Shown piece after piece: positions 49,242 to 59,299 of a DNA stretch of 64,000 nt. The stretch covers positions 4,960,001-5,024,000 of the forward strand of contig OZ244207.1 in NCBI GenBank assembly GCA_965216875.1, read 5' to 3'. Made by a program: the position numbers and the translations under genes. This DNA is from Rubripirellula sp. GTDB taxonomy: Bacteria > Planctomycetota > Planctomycetia > Pirellulales > Pirellulaceae. The notes under the pieces are model-generated. The model saw only the letters and a program-made list of their open reading frames with translations, was not told the origin of the DNA and ran no database searches. Positions within the stretch are counted from its first letter, which is position 1. Each line of letters begins with the position of its first letter.

Positions 49242-49262
49242 GCATGGTTTTGGCGATGATCG

Positions 49263-49886
49263 TTAGGCGTCGCTCTTGGCGATACGTCGGGCTTCGCTGG
49301 CGATCGCGATTCGGGCAACACCCGTGGTCAGCATGTGAACGCCGGCCAAAATTCCGATCGCCCACAACGAGCTGGTTGGCAATCCGGCGAGGATGATCAT
49401 GCCGCAGGCGAGTGTTGCAATCCCGCCAGCCATAATCCATCCCCATCCCGATTCTCTCCTCGCACCCGCCGACAGCGCGATTCGGGTCACACCGTCGATC
49501 ATCAACAGGACTGCCAGGAGGACCGTCAGCGAGACCATGCTGCCAACAGGGTAGAACGCGATGACTGCGGCAAGCAGGACCTGCATCACCCCGACGCAGA
49601 ACGATTCCAATTTGAGCCCGCGAGGTGCGAAGAAGGCTCCAGCCAGGTTGAAGGCTCCAACCACAACCAGCGTGACGGCAATCACCATTGCGACTGCGGC
49701 GGTGGCGAGTACGGGTGCCATGATCGCCAACATCCCCGCGATGACCGACACGATGCCGGCTGCCATCAACCAGCCCCAATCCTTGGCGAGGGCTTTCACT
49801 GCTGCGGCAGGATTGAATCCGATGGTGACTTGGTCGATCTGGTGAAGATTGTTGTTGGTTTGGTTGGTAGGGGTTGCGGTCGACAT
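49263..49886 (-). CDS. HdeD/DUF308 family membrane protein
   Basis: WGWLMAAGIVSVIAG; six TM helices; SLWAIGILAG. Confidence 0.85.
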   Translation of the reverse strand: MSTATPTNQTNNNLHQIDQVTIGFNPAAAVKALAKDWGWLMAAGIVSVIAGMLAIMAPVLATAAVAMVIAVTLVVVGAFNLAGAFFAPRGLKLESFCVGVMQVLLAAVIAFYPVGSMVSLTVLLAVLLMIDGVTRIALSAGARRESGWGWIMAGGIATLACGMIILAGLPTSSLWAIGILAGVHMLTTGVARIAIASEARRIAKSDA

Positions 49887-50105
49887 GACGGGCTCCTTCG
49901 AGATTTGCCTTTTTGAGTTTTTGATTGCGTTTGCGTTTGATTTCGCTCTTTGCCTGGTGAATGGCACGAGGTGACCGCGAGATTTCACCTGACGGAGTTT
50001 TTTTTCCGAAAAACCTTCCGCCATCGCCACAGCCGCCCGGTTTCGCACAACCGGCCAAACGGCATTCGGCCGATCCTGGACCGCCCCATCGCCCGATGAA
50101 AGAAG

Positions 50106-51953
50106 GTGACGCAGTGCATCGAGGCACGGTCAAACCAACTCCGATGGCATGGATGTCCTCACACGCGCATATGGTCTGTCCATCCATCCGTCGTGACGTC
50201 ACGTCCAGCTAGCTTCCGCCCACTCTCCTTTGCCGTCGCGATGGTCGCGTTGACGTGCAGCGGTTGCTTAGTGACCCGAGTGAAATGGCACGAGCCGGTC
50301 TTTGCCAAACCGGCCAACGTGGACGCGTCCGATCCTTCGGCGATTGCACAGAGCGAACGCAGCTACGCCCGAGCGGTGGAACTGGAAGAGCAGGGGAGTG
50401 CGGCTTGCGTTGACCACTATTTTCAAGTGGCGGTCGCAACCGAAAAGCACGATCACTGCGGACATGACGATTGCCGAGCATGCGAGCTGCACAAGAGCGC
50501 GCTGATGAAGGTCGTCACAACCGGTCAACGATTCGGGCGGCTTGATCGAAACGTCGGTTTGACCATCAAGCTTGACGGGATCTGTCATGTCATCCCGATC
50601 GATCATCGCGGATTCGTTTGGAAGCCTGATGACTTTCGCAAACTCATCCCGGTCGGGCACTACCGCACCAACGCCATGTCACGCGAGCACCAATGTGATG
50701 GCGTTGGCATCCCGCTTGTCGTGCGCACGTGCCATCCCTGCGACAACGATTTCATTCCCGATCATGTTCATTTCGCTGCCACACTGCGGCTCAATGTTTG
50801 CGCCTGTGCCGATCCCTCGAGTGAAGACAACGCCCAAGAATTCTCCGGCGAATCGATTAGCGCCAAACGTTGTCAACTTCAACTCTATGATCCCTTGCGA
50901 GTCTGTTGTGCGACCGTCGATGGGATCCAACGCCCACTCGCGAAAGACACGTCGGCCCCGTTGGTCTATGCGTTGCGAAACAACCCGCGAACTTACCTGA
51001 CAGGATTCCTTACTCCCGATTCATCCAACGAAAACGATGGCGAGCTCTACATGCTCGAGCCCTACCAACCGGGCAAAATTCCGGTGGTGCTGATCCACGG
51101 CCTCCTTTCCGATCCCTACACGTGGCTTGAATTCGTCAACGAGATGCGAGCCTGCCGAGGGTTTGTCGAACACTTCCAACTTTGGGTCTTTGAATACTCA
51201 ACCGGCGAAGTTTTTCTCTCGAGCGCCACGGAATTGCGGCAGCAACTCAAGAGCATTCGCAACAAGTTCGATTCGCTCCATCACGACCCACAACTTTCCA
51301 ACATGGTGTTGGTGGGTCACAGCATGGGCGGGTTGATTGCAAAGCTGCAGGTCACTCAAAGTGGTGATGACCTCTGGAATTCGGTCTCGTTTCGGCCCTT
51401 CCATCAGATTCGAATGCGGAGCGAGCTGCGTCAGGAAATTGCCGCGTCATTCTTCTTTGAACCCACCAACGATGTCTCGCGTGTGATCTTCATCGGCACA
51501 CCCCACAAGGGCTCCAATTATTCGCGGCGGATTGCGGGACGCTTGGGATCGGCACTTGTGCGTCGTCCGGAACAGCAGCGGCAAGAACACGAACAACTCA
51601 TGCGGGCCAACCCCGACGCGTTCTCGCCCGAGGTCCGCAAGCGGATTCCAACCAGCATTGACTTGCTGGACACCGAAAGCTGCCTGCTCAAAGCCATCGA
51701 CCGCATTCCGATACGACAAGACGTTTGTCTGCATTCAATCATCGGCGACCATTTCGGAGGGGTGATTCACGAGCGAACCGACGGCGTGGTCCCGGTCTAC
51801 AGCGCTCGGCATCCGCAAGCGATCTCGGAAAAGCTCGTGCCCACCAACCACGCCAATCTGAACAAGCATCGCACGGCGATCGAGGAAACCGTTCGCATCC
51901 TCAACGAACATCTTCGTCAGCACCAGCCCTCTTTTGTGAGGCCGGCAATCTAG
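50106..51953 (+). CDS. Alpha/beta hydrolase (lipase/esterase), probable lipoprotein
   Basis: IHGLLS, GHSMGG, GTPHKGS, DGVVP...H; start uncertain. Confidence 0.82.
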   Translation: MTQCIEARSNQLRWHGCPHTRIWSVHPSVVTSRPASFRPLSFAVAMVALTCSGCLVTRVKWHEPVFAKPANVDASDPSAIAQSERSYARAVELEEQGSAACVDHYFQVAVATEKHDHCGHDDCRACELHKSALMKVVTTGQRFGRLDRNVGLTIKLDGICHVIPIDHRGFVWKPDDFRKLIPVGHYRTNAMSREHQCDGVGIPLVVRTCHPCDNDFIPDHVHFAATLRLNVCACADPSSEDNAQEFSGESISAKRCQLQLYDPLRVCCATVDGIQRPLAKDTSAPLVYALRNNPRTYLTGFLTPDSSNENDGELYMLEPYQPGKIPVVLIHGLLSDPYTWLEFVNEMRACRGFVEHFQLWVFEYSTGEVFLSSATELRQQLKSIRNKFDSLHHDPQLSNMVLVGHSMGGLIAKLQVTQSGDDLWNSVSFRPFHQIRMRSELRQEIAASFFFEPTNDVSRVIFIGTPHKGSNYSRRIAGRLGSALVRRPEQQRQEHEQLMRANPDAFSPEVRKRIPTSIDLLDTESCLLKAIDRIPIRQDVCLHSIIGDHFGGVIHERTDGVVPVYSARHPQAISEKLVPTNHANLNKHRTAIEETVRILNEHLRQHQPSFVRPAI

Positions 51954-52075
51954 GTGGTGATTAGACTGTGGGGAACTAGGCTGTAGGGGTTTAGCAAAGA
52001 GGTCAGCAACCGTTCTCGGGCTACCTCAATCCCGATACCCTCTGCACCAACCGCCCCTCCCTCAGCGAAAGCCCG

Positions 52076-52504
52076 ATGGATTCTGAACTCAAACCGATGA
52101 GCACCAAAGAGCTCACACAAGCCGTCGCAACGCTGCTCGAGCGAGAGGAACGCCGCGAACAGCTTCGGGAGAAGCGACGCAAAAAGAAAGTCGTCGAGGA
52201 AAGACAACGGTTGCAGGCGAGCGTCGATCAGTTGGCTGCCTCTGTCAATGTGATCAAGTGGTGCGTGGTCGGAATCGCGTCGGTGATGGCCGTCGCGTTG
52301 TTGGTCCTGATCCTGGTGATCGTCGAAGTCGAGCGAGAAGTGGAACGCGTCAAACTCGAAGCCGAAAAGATCGTTGGTCGCGTCCACGAAATTGAAGCGG
52401 AAGCCGAAAAGATCCGCGAGAAGATTCGCCACCCACTCGAAACTCTCGGCGGCAGCCTCGGACGTAGTCTCGAATCAAAGATTTTCGATGCGCTCACCGA
52501 ATAG
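52076..52504 (+). CDS. Single-TM coiled-coil hypothetical protein
   Basis: Charged helices flanking one TM. Confidence 0.6.
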   Translation: MDSELKPMSTKELTQAVATLLEREERREQLREKRRKKKVVEERQRLQASVDQLAASVNVIKWCVVGIASVMAVALLVLILVIVEVEREVERVKLEAEKIVGRVHEIEAEAEKIREKIRHPLETLGGSLGRSLESKIFDALTE

Positions 52505-52782
52505 GCTCAGCCACCTTTGAGCTGCCGGCATTGACATAACGATTGCCGAGCCGGGAAGAGACAACCACCGATGACACGAATAACACGGATAGTTGACCGG
52601 CTTTGGCGCTGTTTTCCAACAGAACGAGTCAAAGCCCAATCACCTCAACTGAGCCGTGATCGCGTAAGCGGCCGGGCCTTACACCCATGGTGCATGGGGC
52701 CGGCTGAGGCCTCAAAGCCAACGGCACACAGACACTGCGGCATTACTCACGACGTGCCATCCGTCTAGAAGCCGCCATCCGT

Positions 52783-53220
52783 TTAGAAGCCATTGATAAG
52801 AGGCACGACAGGAGGAGCGTAGTAGGCTCGAACCGGTGCCACGACAACCGGTCTGGCCACGGTCACCGGTGCAACAACCGGTCGGGCGACCACGACGGGG
52901 GCCGCCACAACGGGAGTCGTCAAAACGGGGCGGGCCACCGTGACCACCGGAGCCGAAACGACGGGCCGCGCGACGCTCACCACGGGTGCCGCTGGCGCGA
53001 CGGGAGCGACGGGGACAACCGGCGCGGCCACAGGTGCAACGACCGGACGGTAAACGACTCGGCGACGGAACAGACCACGACGCTCGGCCGTGTAACCGAC
53101 CACTGCTGGGACAACCGGTTGCACCGCTACGGGATATTGAGCCTGGGCATCGCTGCTGCAAGCCAATACGGCAATCGTCGCAACGATCGCAACTGAAAGG
53201 GTTCGGCGAAGGGTCAGCAC
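52783..53220 (-). CDS. Exported Pro/Val/Ala-rich low-complexity protein
   Basis: GGAG RBS; signal peptide AQA|Q; shares a motif with the 47137 ORF. Confidence 0.7.
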   Translation of the reverse strand: MLTLRRTLSVAIVATIAVLACSSDAQAQYPVAVQPVVPAVVGYTAERRGLFRRRVVYRPVVAPVAAPVVPVAPVAPAAPVVSVARPVVSAPVVTVARPVLTTPVVAAPVVVARPVVAPVTVARPVVVAPVRAYYAPPVVPLINGF

Positions 53221-53681
53221 GGGTCAACTCCTAGGGTTTTGTCCGCTTTAGATTCCTGGTGAATCGAGTTTGGCGTATCTGCCAAGCGAGCGGAATTTGT
53301 TTTGAGCGGGATGCCGAACAGGCAACGGCGGTTTCGGTCCCCCTTACGATAGTCATTCGTCGATCTCCGTGGGTCGAAAATGGGCATTTGAATTGCCAAT
53401 TCGCCTGACGCTTCTCGCCGTGAAACTCGTAAATCGTGGTCCAGTTCGACGTCGAGGCAGTCGACGGCAAAATGCCTGCCCCTACCGGACACTTCGGGCG
53501 CCGCAACAAACCGGATCACTCGGTCGCCCGCTCGCGCGTGCTCGCCTGGCCGCAAAAAGATTCGCGAAAAAACCGCGCAGCTGTAATCATGACGTGGTGG
53601 CGCCCCTTTTACTTGTGAAGCCGCAAGAAATTGCGTCCTTCACAAGGCTAAACTGACTCACATCAAAACGAGGCAAGAACG

Positions 53682-53963
53682 ATGTCCACAACGAGCACTC
53701 ACCTGGAAAACTTGATTTCGACACTCAAGCAAGAACGTGACGAACTGAAACTCAGGATGCATCTGGCCAGCATGGAGGCCCAGCAAGAGTACGAAAAAGT
53801 CTCCGAGCAGCTCGACAAGCTCTCGGATGAGTGTGAACCGGTCACGTCGGCTGTTGGTGAAACAGCCGACAACGTTCTCTCGGCACTGGGGCTGGCTGCC
53901 GAAGAGCTGCGCGACGGCCTGACGCGTGTCCGCGATGCGGTGATTGAAAAGGTTGATTCCTAG
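53682..53963 (+). CDS. Small helical hypothetical protein
   Basis: LKQERDELKLRMHLASMEA amphipathic helices; upstream of the ABC1 kinase. Confidence 0.7.
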   Translation: MSTTSTHLENLISTLKQERDELKLRMHLASMEAQQEYEKVSEQLDKLSDECEPVTSAVGETADNVLSALGLAAEELRDGLTRVRDAVIEKVDS

Positions 53964-54011
53964 CCTTACGTTTCCTGCTTCCACTTCCCACCTTGAAAGA
54001 GCTCCACTGTT

Positions 54012-55664
54012 TTGGAAGTCAGCGACCTACCACGATTGATGCGCAATGCGAGCCGGTTCCACGAAGTGGTCGGCGTGCTCATGAAATACGGATTGGCTCC
54101 GTGGCTTGGCGGTGTTCAAGCCGAGTGGGTGCAAAAGCACCTGCGGAGCCACGATGGGCAACAGATCTCGCAACTCCCCGATGATGTTCGCACCCGAAAC
54201 GCGCTCACCGAACTTGGAACGACCTTTATCAAGCTCGGTCAAATCCTGAGCACGCGTGCCGATTTGGTCGGCCCGGAACTCGCCGCCGAATTGTCCGAAT
54301 TGCAATCGAGCACGCCGGCTGATGATCCGGAACAAGTCATCGAGACGATCACCAATGAACTCGGAGATCATCCCGACAAGCTCTTTAAGGCATTCGATTC
54401 GCAAGCCATCGCATCGGCTTCCATTGGCCAAGTTCACCGAGCAACGCTGCATGACGGAACCGACGTGGTCGTCAAAGTGCAACATGCCGGGATCGAAGAT
54501 CGGGTCAAGAACGACATCGAAATCCTGATCGAAATCGCCAAACTCGCCGAAACCTATTCAAACGAAATCGCTCAGTACAATCCCGTGGCCACCGCTCGGG
54601 AATTCCAAAAGACCCTGCTGGATGAGTTGGACTTTACGCGCGAACAACGAAACCTAGCGCGATTCTCGGCAAACTTTCGCGAAGACCCCAAGATTCGATT
54701 CCCCGAGCCTCACGCTGAATTCTGTAGCCGTCGTGTTCTGACGATGGACGCTCTGGATGGAATCAGCGTGTCGGATCGCGATGCATTGGTCGACTCGGGA
54801 TATGACTTGACCGATGTTGCCCGCCGCGGCGCCAACATGTTTCTGAAGATGGTCTTTCGGGACGGCTTCTACCACGCCGACCCCCATCCCGGAAACCTCA
54901 TGGTCCTTGCCGACGAAGCAATCGGCGTTCTCGACTGTGGGATGGTCGGTCGAGTCGACGAAGACTTGCGCGAACAGGTCGAAGATCTGTTGATGTCGGC
55001 CGTCGACCGGGACGCCAATCGTTTGCTCGACGCCGTCGTGTTGCTGGGCGAAGTCCCCGCCGACTTTGACCGCGGCCAACTCAAGGGCGATCTTGTCGAA
55101 TTCATCGACGAATACGGTTCGCAAGCGATTGACCAGTTTGACCTCAGTGGTGCGCTCAACCGAATGACCGACATCATTCGTCGGCACCATATCCTTTTGC
55201 CGTCTCGCGTCAGCCTGTTGATCAAAATGTTGGTGATGCTCGAAGGCACGGCCCAGCAACTCAATCCAGCCTTCAACATTGTCGAACTGCTTGAACCTTA
55301 CCGGCACGAGGCGATCAAACGCAGGCTTTCACCCGAGCGAATGTGGCGCAAGCTTCAAAACACTCATCGCGATTGGAGCCGTCTGGTCGAATCCTTGCCT
55401 GCTGACATTTCGGATATTGTCAATCGAGTGCGACGCGGCAGCTTTGATGTCCATCTCGAACATCGACGACTCGACTCGATCGTCAACCGTATGGTGATGG
55501 GGCTCCTTGCGTCGGCGCTGTTCGTTGGATCGGCGTCGATGCTCAGCAACCAAGTTCGTCCGCTGCTCTTTGACACCTCGGTGCCAGGCGCGGTCGGGTG
55601 TTTGGTTGCCATGTTCTACGCGTTCACTTTGATGCGCGCCATCAGGCGATCTGGCAATATCTGA
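54012..55664 (+). CDS. ABC1/AarF/UbiB family atypical kinase
   Basis: IKLGQILSTR, ASASIGQVH, VVVKVQ, HADPHPGN, LDCGM. Confidence 0.92.
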   Translation: MEVSDLPRLMRNASRFHEVVGVLMKYGLAPWLGGVQAEWVQKHLRSHDGQQISQLPDDVRTRNALTELGTTFIKLGQILSTRADLVGPELAAELSELQSSTPADDPEQVIETITNELGDHPDKLFKAFDSQAIASASIGQVHRATLHDGTDVVVKVQHAGIEDRVKNDIEILIEIAKLAETYSNEIAQYNPVATAREFQKTLLDELDFTREQRNLARFSANFREDPKIRFPEPHAEFCSRRVLTMDALDGISVSDRDALVDSGYDLTDVARRGANMFLKMVFRDGFYHADPHPGNLMVLADEAIGVLDCGMVGRVDEDLREQVEDLLMSAVDRDANRLLDAVVLLGEVPADFDRGQLKGDLVEFIDEYGSQAIDQFDLSGALNRMTDIIRRHHILLPSRVSLLIKMLVMLEGTAQQLNPAFNIVELLEPYRHEAIKRRLSPERMWRKLQNTHRDWSRLVESLPADISDIVNRVRRGSFDVHLEHRRLDSIVNRMVMGLLASALFVGSASMLSNQVRPLLFDTSVPGAVGCLVAMFYAFTLMRAIRRSGNI

Positions 55665-56363
55665 TCACTGGTTTTCACGAATCAGCTTGATCGCTTCGTT
55701 GGCCAAACGCAGGCCGAAGGTCTTGTAGCCCTCGGCCGAATAGTGCAAGTCGTCTTTGATCTCTTTGCCTTTGCGGTTGAGGCCGTCGTTGAGGTCATCG
55801 GTGTCGACCCACCCGCCGCGAGGATGTTTCTCTGCAACCGCGACTTGCACTTCACGAATCTTGGTCCAATGCGGATAGCGTTTGTTGGCCATATCGAAAT
55901 CGCTCAAACGCCCAATCACCAAATTCACATCGTCCCGTTTCAAATCATTCGAAAGCTGTTTGTGGAGTCCCAACAAACTGTCGCCGTAGACGTCACCATG
56001 CTTTTCGCGGGCATCACGTTCACCTTGCATCCAAAGAAAGGTGACTGAAGCAATCTCTTTGCCTTTGATCGCGGGCGAAACTTTTCCCATCAATCGATCA
56101 TAGAGGTCACCAGTCTCAGCAGGCTTTTTGCCGTCGCCCGACTTCCAATCGCGATACCAACGTCGAATCGGTTGGCCACCGTGGGCGTCGAAAACAACGA
56201 TCACGTTTTCTTTTCCAAAGGCTTCTTGGACGGTTGGCACAAACGACTCACTGGGCCTCAGTCCGGCCATATTCGATTGCCCCGAAAGCACGAACAGATG
56301 CTGGTCCGCAAAGGCGTTGCCATGAATCAACAACGCGCCGAGTAGCAAGAAGGCAAACCGCAT
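55665..56363 (-). CDS. Sialate O-acetylesterase-like (SASA/DUF303) SGNH esterase
   Basis: GQSNM, WMQGE, DLHY; signal peptide. Confidence 0.85.
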   Translation of the reverse strand: MRFAFLLLGALLIHGNAFADQHLFVLSGQSNMAGLRPSESFVPTVQEAFGKENVIVVFDAHGGQPIRRWYRDWKSGDGKKPAETGDLYDRLMGKVSPAIKGKEIASVTFLWMQGERDAREKHGDVYGDSLLGLHKQLSNDLKRDDVNLVIGRLSDFDMANKRYPHWTKIREVQVAVAEKHPRGGWVDTDDLNDGLNRKGKEIKDDLHYSAEGYKTFGLRLANEAIKLIRENQ

Positions 56364-56463
56364 GACGGGAATCCTCGTGGTGGGTAGGTAGGCAAACAAG
56401 CAGGCGGGAATTGATTCTACTGTAGCTACCGTCACACGGCGGTGGGAGCATCCAACCAAATCT

Positions 56464-56504
56464 GTAGGCCGGATCAAGAAGCGACAGCGACGCAGATCCG
56501 GCAT
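56464..56504 (+). repeat. GTAG-REP family 2
   Basis: gtaggccggatcaagaagcgacagcgacgcagatccggcat. Confidence 0.8.
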
Positions 56505-56623
56505 GACGATGGTATCGAGGCGATCCAGACAGTAAGCCTAACGTGCCAGAGCCAGACCCCAAGGAAACAGACGCCCAACCAATCCCAGCCTCTTGCATAG
56601 AGAACGGCGATCGAGCTGTGAGT

Positions 56624-56644
56624 GTCATGCACAGCATGACCTAC
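56624..56644 (-). repeat. GTAG-REP family 4
   Basis: Identical to 26881-26901. Confidence 0.75.
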
Positions 56645-56649
56645 GTGTG

Positions 56650-56997
56650 CTAGATCGCTTCGTTGCCGCGTTCGCCCGTTCGAATCCGGATGCAATCGTC
56701 CATCGGCAGAACAAAAATCTTGCCGTCGCCAATTTCACCCGAATCGCCAGAGCGACCGCCTTCAAGGATCGCATCGACCGTCGGTTGCACGAATTCTTCG
56801 TTGACGGCGATTTGAAGCTGAACCTTACGCAATAGGTTCACACTGAATTCGTGCCCGCGGTAGACTCCCGTTTGCCCTTTCTGTCGACCGAATCCCTGAC
56901 AATCCATCACCGTCAATCGAAAGACTTCAACCTTGGTTAAAGCTTCTTTGACCGCTTCCAATTTGGCGGGCTGGATGATGGCGATGATCAGCTTCAC
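56650..56997 (-). CDS. glnK: P-II nitrogen regulatory protein
   Basis: GFGRQKG, YRG, IGDGKIF, IRTGE; GTG start; downstream of amtB. Confidence 0.95.
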   Translation of the reverse strand: MKLIIAIIQPAKLEAVKEALTKVEVFRLTVMDCQGFGRQKGQTGVYRGHEFSVNLLRKVQLQIAVNEEFVQPTVDAILEGGRSGDSGEIGDGKIFVLPMDDCIRIRTGERGNEAI

Positions 56998-57382
56998 GGG
57001 ACGCACAACGGAATCGGGGAACGAAATACGAGAGTACTACGTTAGCGAATCCTGGCGTCAGGAAAAGATGCCCAAAAAAGAGAAGCCGGCCTCGCGATGA
57101 GACCGGCTCCTGCAAAACAAACTCGATTCCTACCTGGTTCAAAAGACCCTGCCCCCAACAAGCGAGGCGGACACCTGTTGGGGATCAGGGCGTCTTCTGG
57201 CCCAGGCAAGAGCCGAGAAGCTCGATGTAGAAAGGAGATCGCATCCCGCCGGTTGCTCCGCCATCGGCCGTGGACAGCCGACGACGGAGCTGCGGTGGGT
57301 AGATCATTGATGAATGCTCTCGAAAGACGGCTTCCTTGCGTGCTTGATTTCTAGCGTGCTTGATTTCTAGCGAGCTTCATTC

Positions 57383-58807
57383 CTAGCGTGCGGGCATCCT
57401 TGTCAGATCAGCTGGATAAGCGTGCATTCCGTGTTCGGAGACGTCCAAACCTGCCTGCTCCTCTTGAGGAGAAACGCGAAGCAAGCCTGCGAACTTGAGC
57501 CCCACAAAGACGACCGTCATCATTGCGAATGCCCAGCCACAAATGGCGGCCGTTCCGATCAGCTGAGTCATGAAGCTTGTCGCCCCCGACGCCAAATGTG
57601 TGTTCGGCAAAATCCCGATCGCCATGCATCCCCAAACACCGCAGAGACCGTGAACGGGCCAAGCACCGACGGGATCATCAATTTTCAGTTTGTCGAGCAA
57701 CAAGATTCCGGCGATCACAAGAATGCCGGCGACGCCGCCAACGGCGATCGCCCAAACATTGCTGAAACAGTCACAGCAGGCCGTGATCCCCACCAGTCCG
57801 CCAAGCGCACCGTTGAGGCTCATCGAAAGATCTGGTTTCGAAAACAGCCCCCAACTGACCAGGGTTGCCGTCACCACTCCAGCCGCTGCGGCAAGTGTCG
57901 TGTTGACTGCGATCAAGACAAAGGCGTCGATGTCGCCGGTCCCTTGAAACGCAAGTTGGCTGCCGGGGTTAAAGCCGTACCAACCGACCCAAAGGATGAA
58001 GACTCCAAGGGCGGCAAAGGTGATGTTGTGCCCCGGCATCGGAATCGACTTACCATCGGAAGTGAAGCGTCCAAGTCTCGGTCCGAGAATGAGTGCACCG
58101 GCGAGGCCAGCGAATCCGCCTACGCCGTGGACAACCGCCGAACCGGCAAAGTCCTGAAAGCCCATGTCAGCGAGCCAACCGCCGCCCCACTTCCAGTACC
58201 CGCTGATCGGATAAATCAAACCAGTCAGTAGCGCGCTGTAGATCAGGTAAGCTGAAAACTTCATGCGACCAGCAACGGCACCGGAGACAATGGTCGCGGC
58301 TGTCGCGGCAAACACCGCCTGAAAAAACCAATCCGCTTGTGGAGAAAACGTTCGGTCGGCACCTGCTTCGTAGATGCCGGTGCCCCCGAACGCGATGTAC
58401 TGGTTAGCCGCCTCGGCTTCGGCTTCGGACATGTAGTTGCCCGGGTACATCAACCCGAAACCGATGATGAAGAACAACAATGCACCCACCGAAAGGTCCA
58501 TCACGTTCTTGTAGAGAATGTTGACGGTGTTCTTGGCCGAATTGAGTCCTGTTTCAACCATCGCAAACCCGGCTTGCATGAACAACACAAGCACGGCGCA
58601 GATAAACAGCACAGCGTTGTCAAAGGCATAGCCGACACCCAGGTCTTCCGAGACAGATTCGGCAGCAACCTCTTCGGTTTGCGCCAAACATTCGGGGGCC
58701 ACGCACACGCTCGCCAGCGCGAAAAGACCAAACAGCAACGGTACCCGCAGCAGCGGGACACGCAGGGAAAGTTGATTCATTGGAATTGGGGCCTTCTCGG
58801 TAGCCAC
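57383..58807 (-). CDS. amtB: Ammonium transporter
   Basis: MQAGF, DFAGSAVVH, WYGFN, IDDPVGAWPVHG. Confidence 0.95.
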   Translation of the reverse strand: MATEKAPIPMNQLSLRVPLLRVPLLFGLFALASVCVAPECLAQTEEVAAESVSEDLGVGYAFDNAVLFICAVLVLFMQAGFAMVETGLNSAKNTVNILYKNVMDLSVGALLFFIIGFGLMYPGNYMSEAEAEAANQYIAFGGTGIYEAGADRTFSPQADWFFQAVFAATAATIVSGAVAGRMKFSAYLIYSALLTGLIYPISGYWKWGGGWLADMGFQDFAGSAVVHGVGGFAGLAGALILGPRLGRFTSDGKSIPMPGHNITFAALGVFILWVGWYGFNPGSQLAFQGTGDIDAFVLIAVNTTLAAAAGVVTATLVSWGLFSKPDLSMSLNGALGGLVGITACCDCFSNVWAIAVGGVAGILVIAGILLLDKLKIDDPVGAWPVHGLCGVWGCMAIGILPNTHLASGATSFMTQLIGTAAICGWAFAMMTVVFVGLKFAGLLRVSPQEEQAGLDVSEHGMHAYPADLTRMPAR

Positions 58808-58932
58808 AACGTGTTAGGGAGGATTCGATGATGGAGGCGACAATGCGACTTTCCATCCACTCATGCCCGGGCCATCAAGCTTCGCTCGAAAGGTGATGAA
58901 AAAGGAAGCGTTCGCTCAGAGGATCAGCACGA

Positions 58933-58949
58933 TGCAACCGCCGGGCCAA
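58933..58949 (-). promoter_or_regulatory. Sigma54 -24/-12 promoter of amtB-glnK
   Basis: TTGGCCCGGCGGTTGCA (TGGC-N7-TTGC). Confidence 0.65.
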
Positions 58950-59047
58950 AACGCTTTCAATTCCGCATCGGCGTGAAGAGAACGCAGCGATTTGCGGCAC
59001 GAATTTTTTTTATCCCCATCGAGGCGGCCTGGCGTGCCCGAAAAGCT

Positions 59048-59085
59048 TGCACGCCGCAGAGGCATCGACGCCTAATCAACGTGCA
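59048..59085. promoter_or_regulatory. Two NtrC-like enhancer boxes
   Basis: TGCAC-N7-AGGCA and CGCCT-N7-GTGCA, 21 bp apart, 100-135 bp upstream of the sigma54 site. Confidence 0.5.
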
Positions 59086-59090
59086 AGCGT

Positions 59091-59225
59091 GCAGGCCGAA
59101 TCAAGGAGCGACAGCGACACGAATCCGGCATGGTCAAGCCTCAACGTCGTCGCCTTTTGCTCCGCAAGAGTTGCGTTGCGGACGCTGAGTTTCCGGGCGC
59201 TACTTTCGCGGAGCGAAAGGCGACA
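59091..59225. repeat. Adjacent family-2 and family-3 repeats
   Basis: gcaggccgaatcaaggagcgacagcgacacgaatccggcat, then gtcgccttttgctccgc...ctttcgcggagcgaaaggcgac. Confidence 0.75.
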
Positions 59226-59235
59226 ATTCCAGCGC

Positions 59236-59268
59236 AAAAAAAAGCCGGGCTCGTGTTGAGCCCGGCTT
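59236..59268 (-). terminator. Rho-independent terminator
   Basis: aaaaaaagccgggctc-gtgtt-gagcccggctt. Confidence 0.8.
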
Positions 59269-59299
59269 GATGAATTGCCAATCGTGTCCAACTCGTTTC

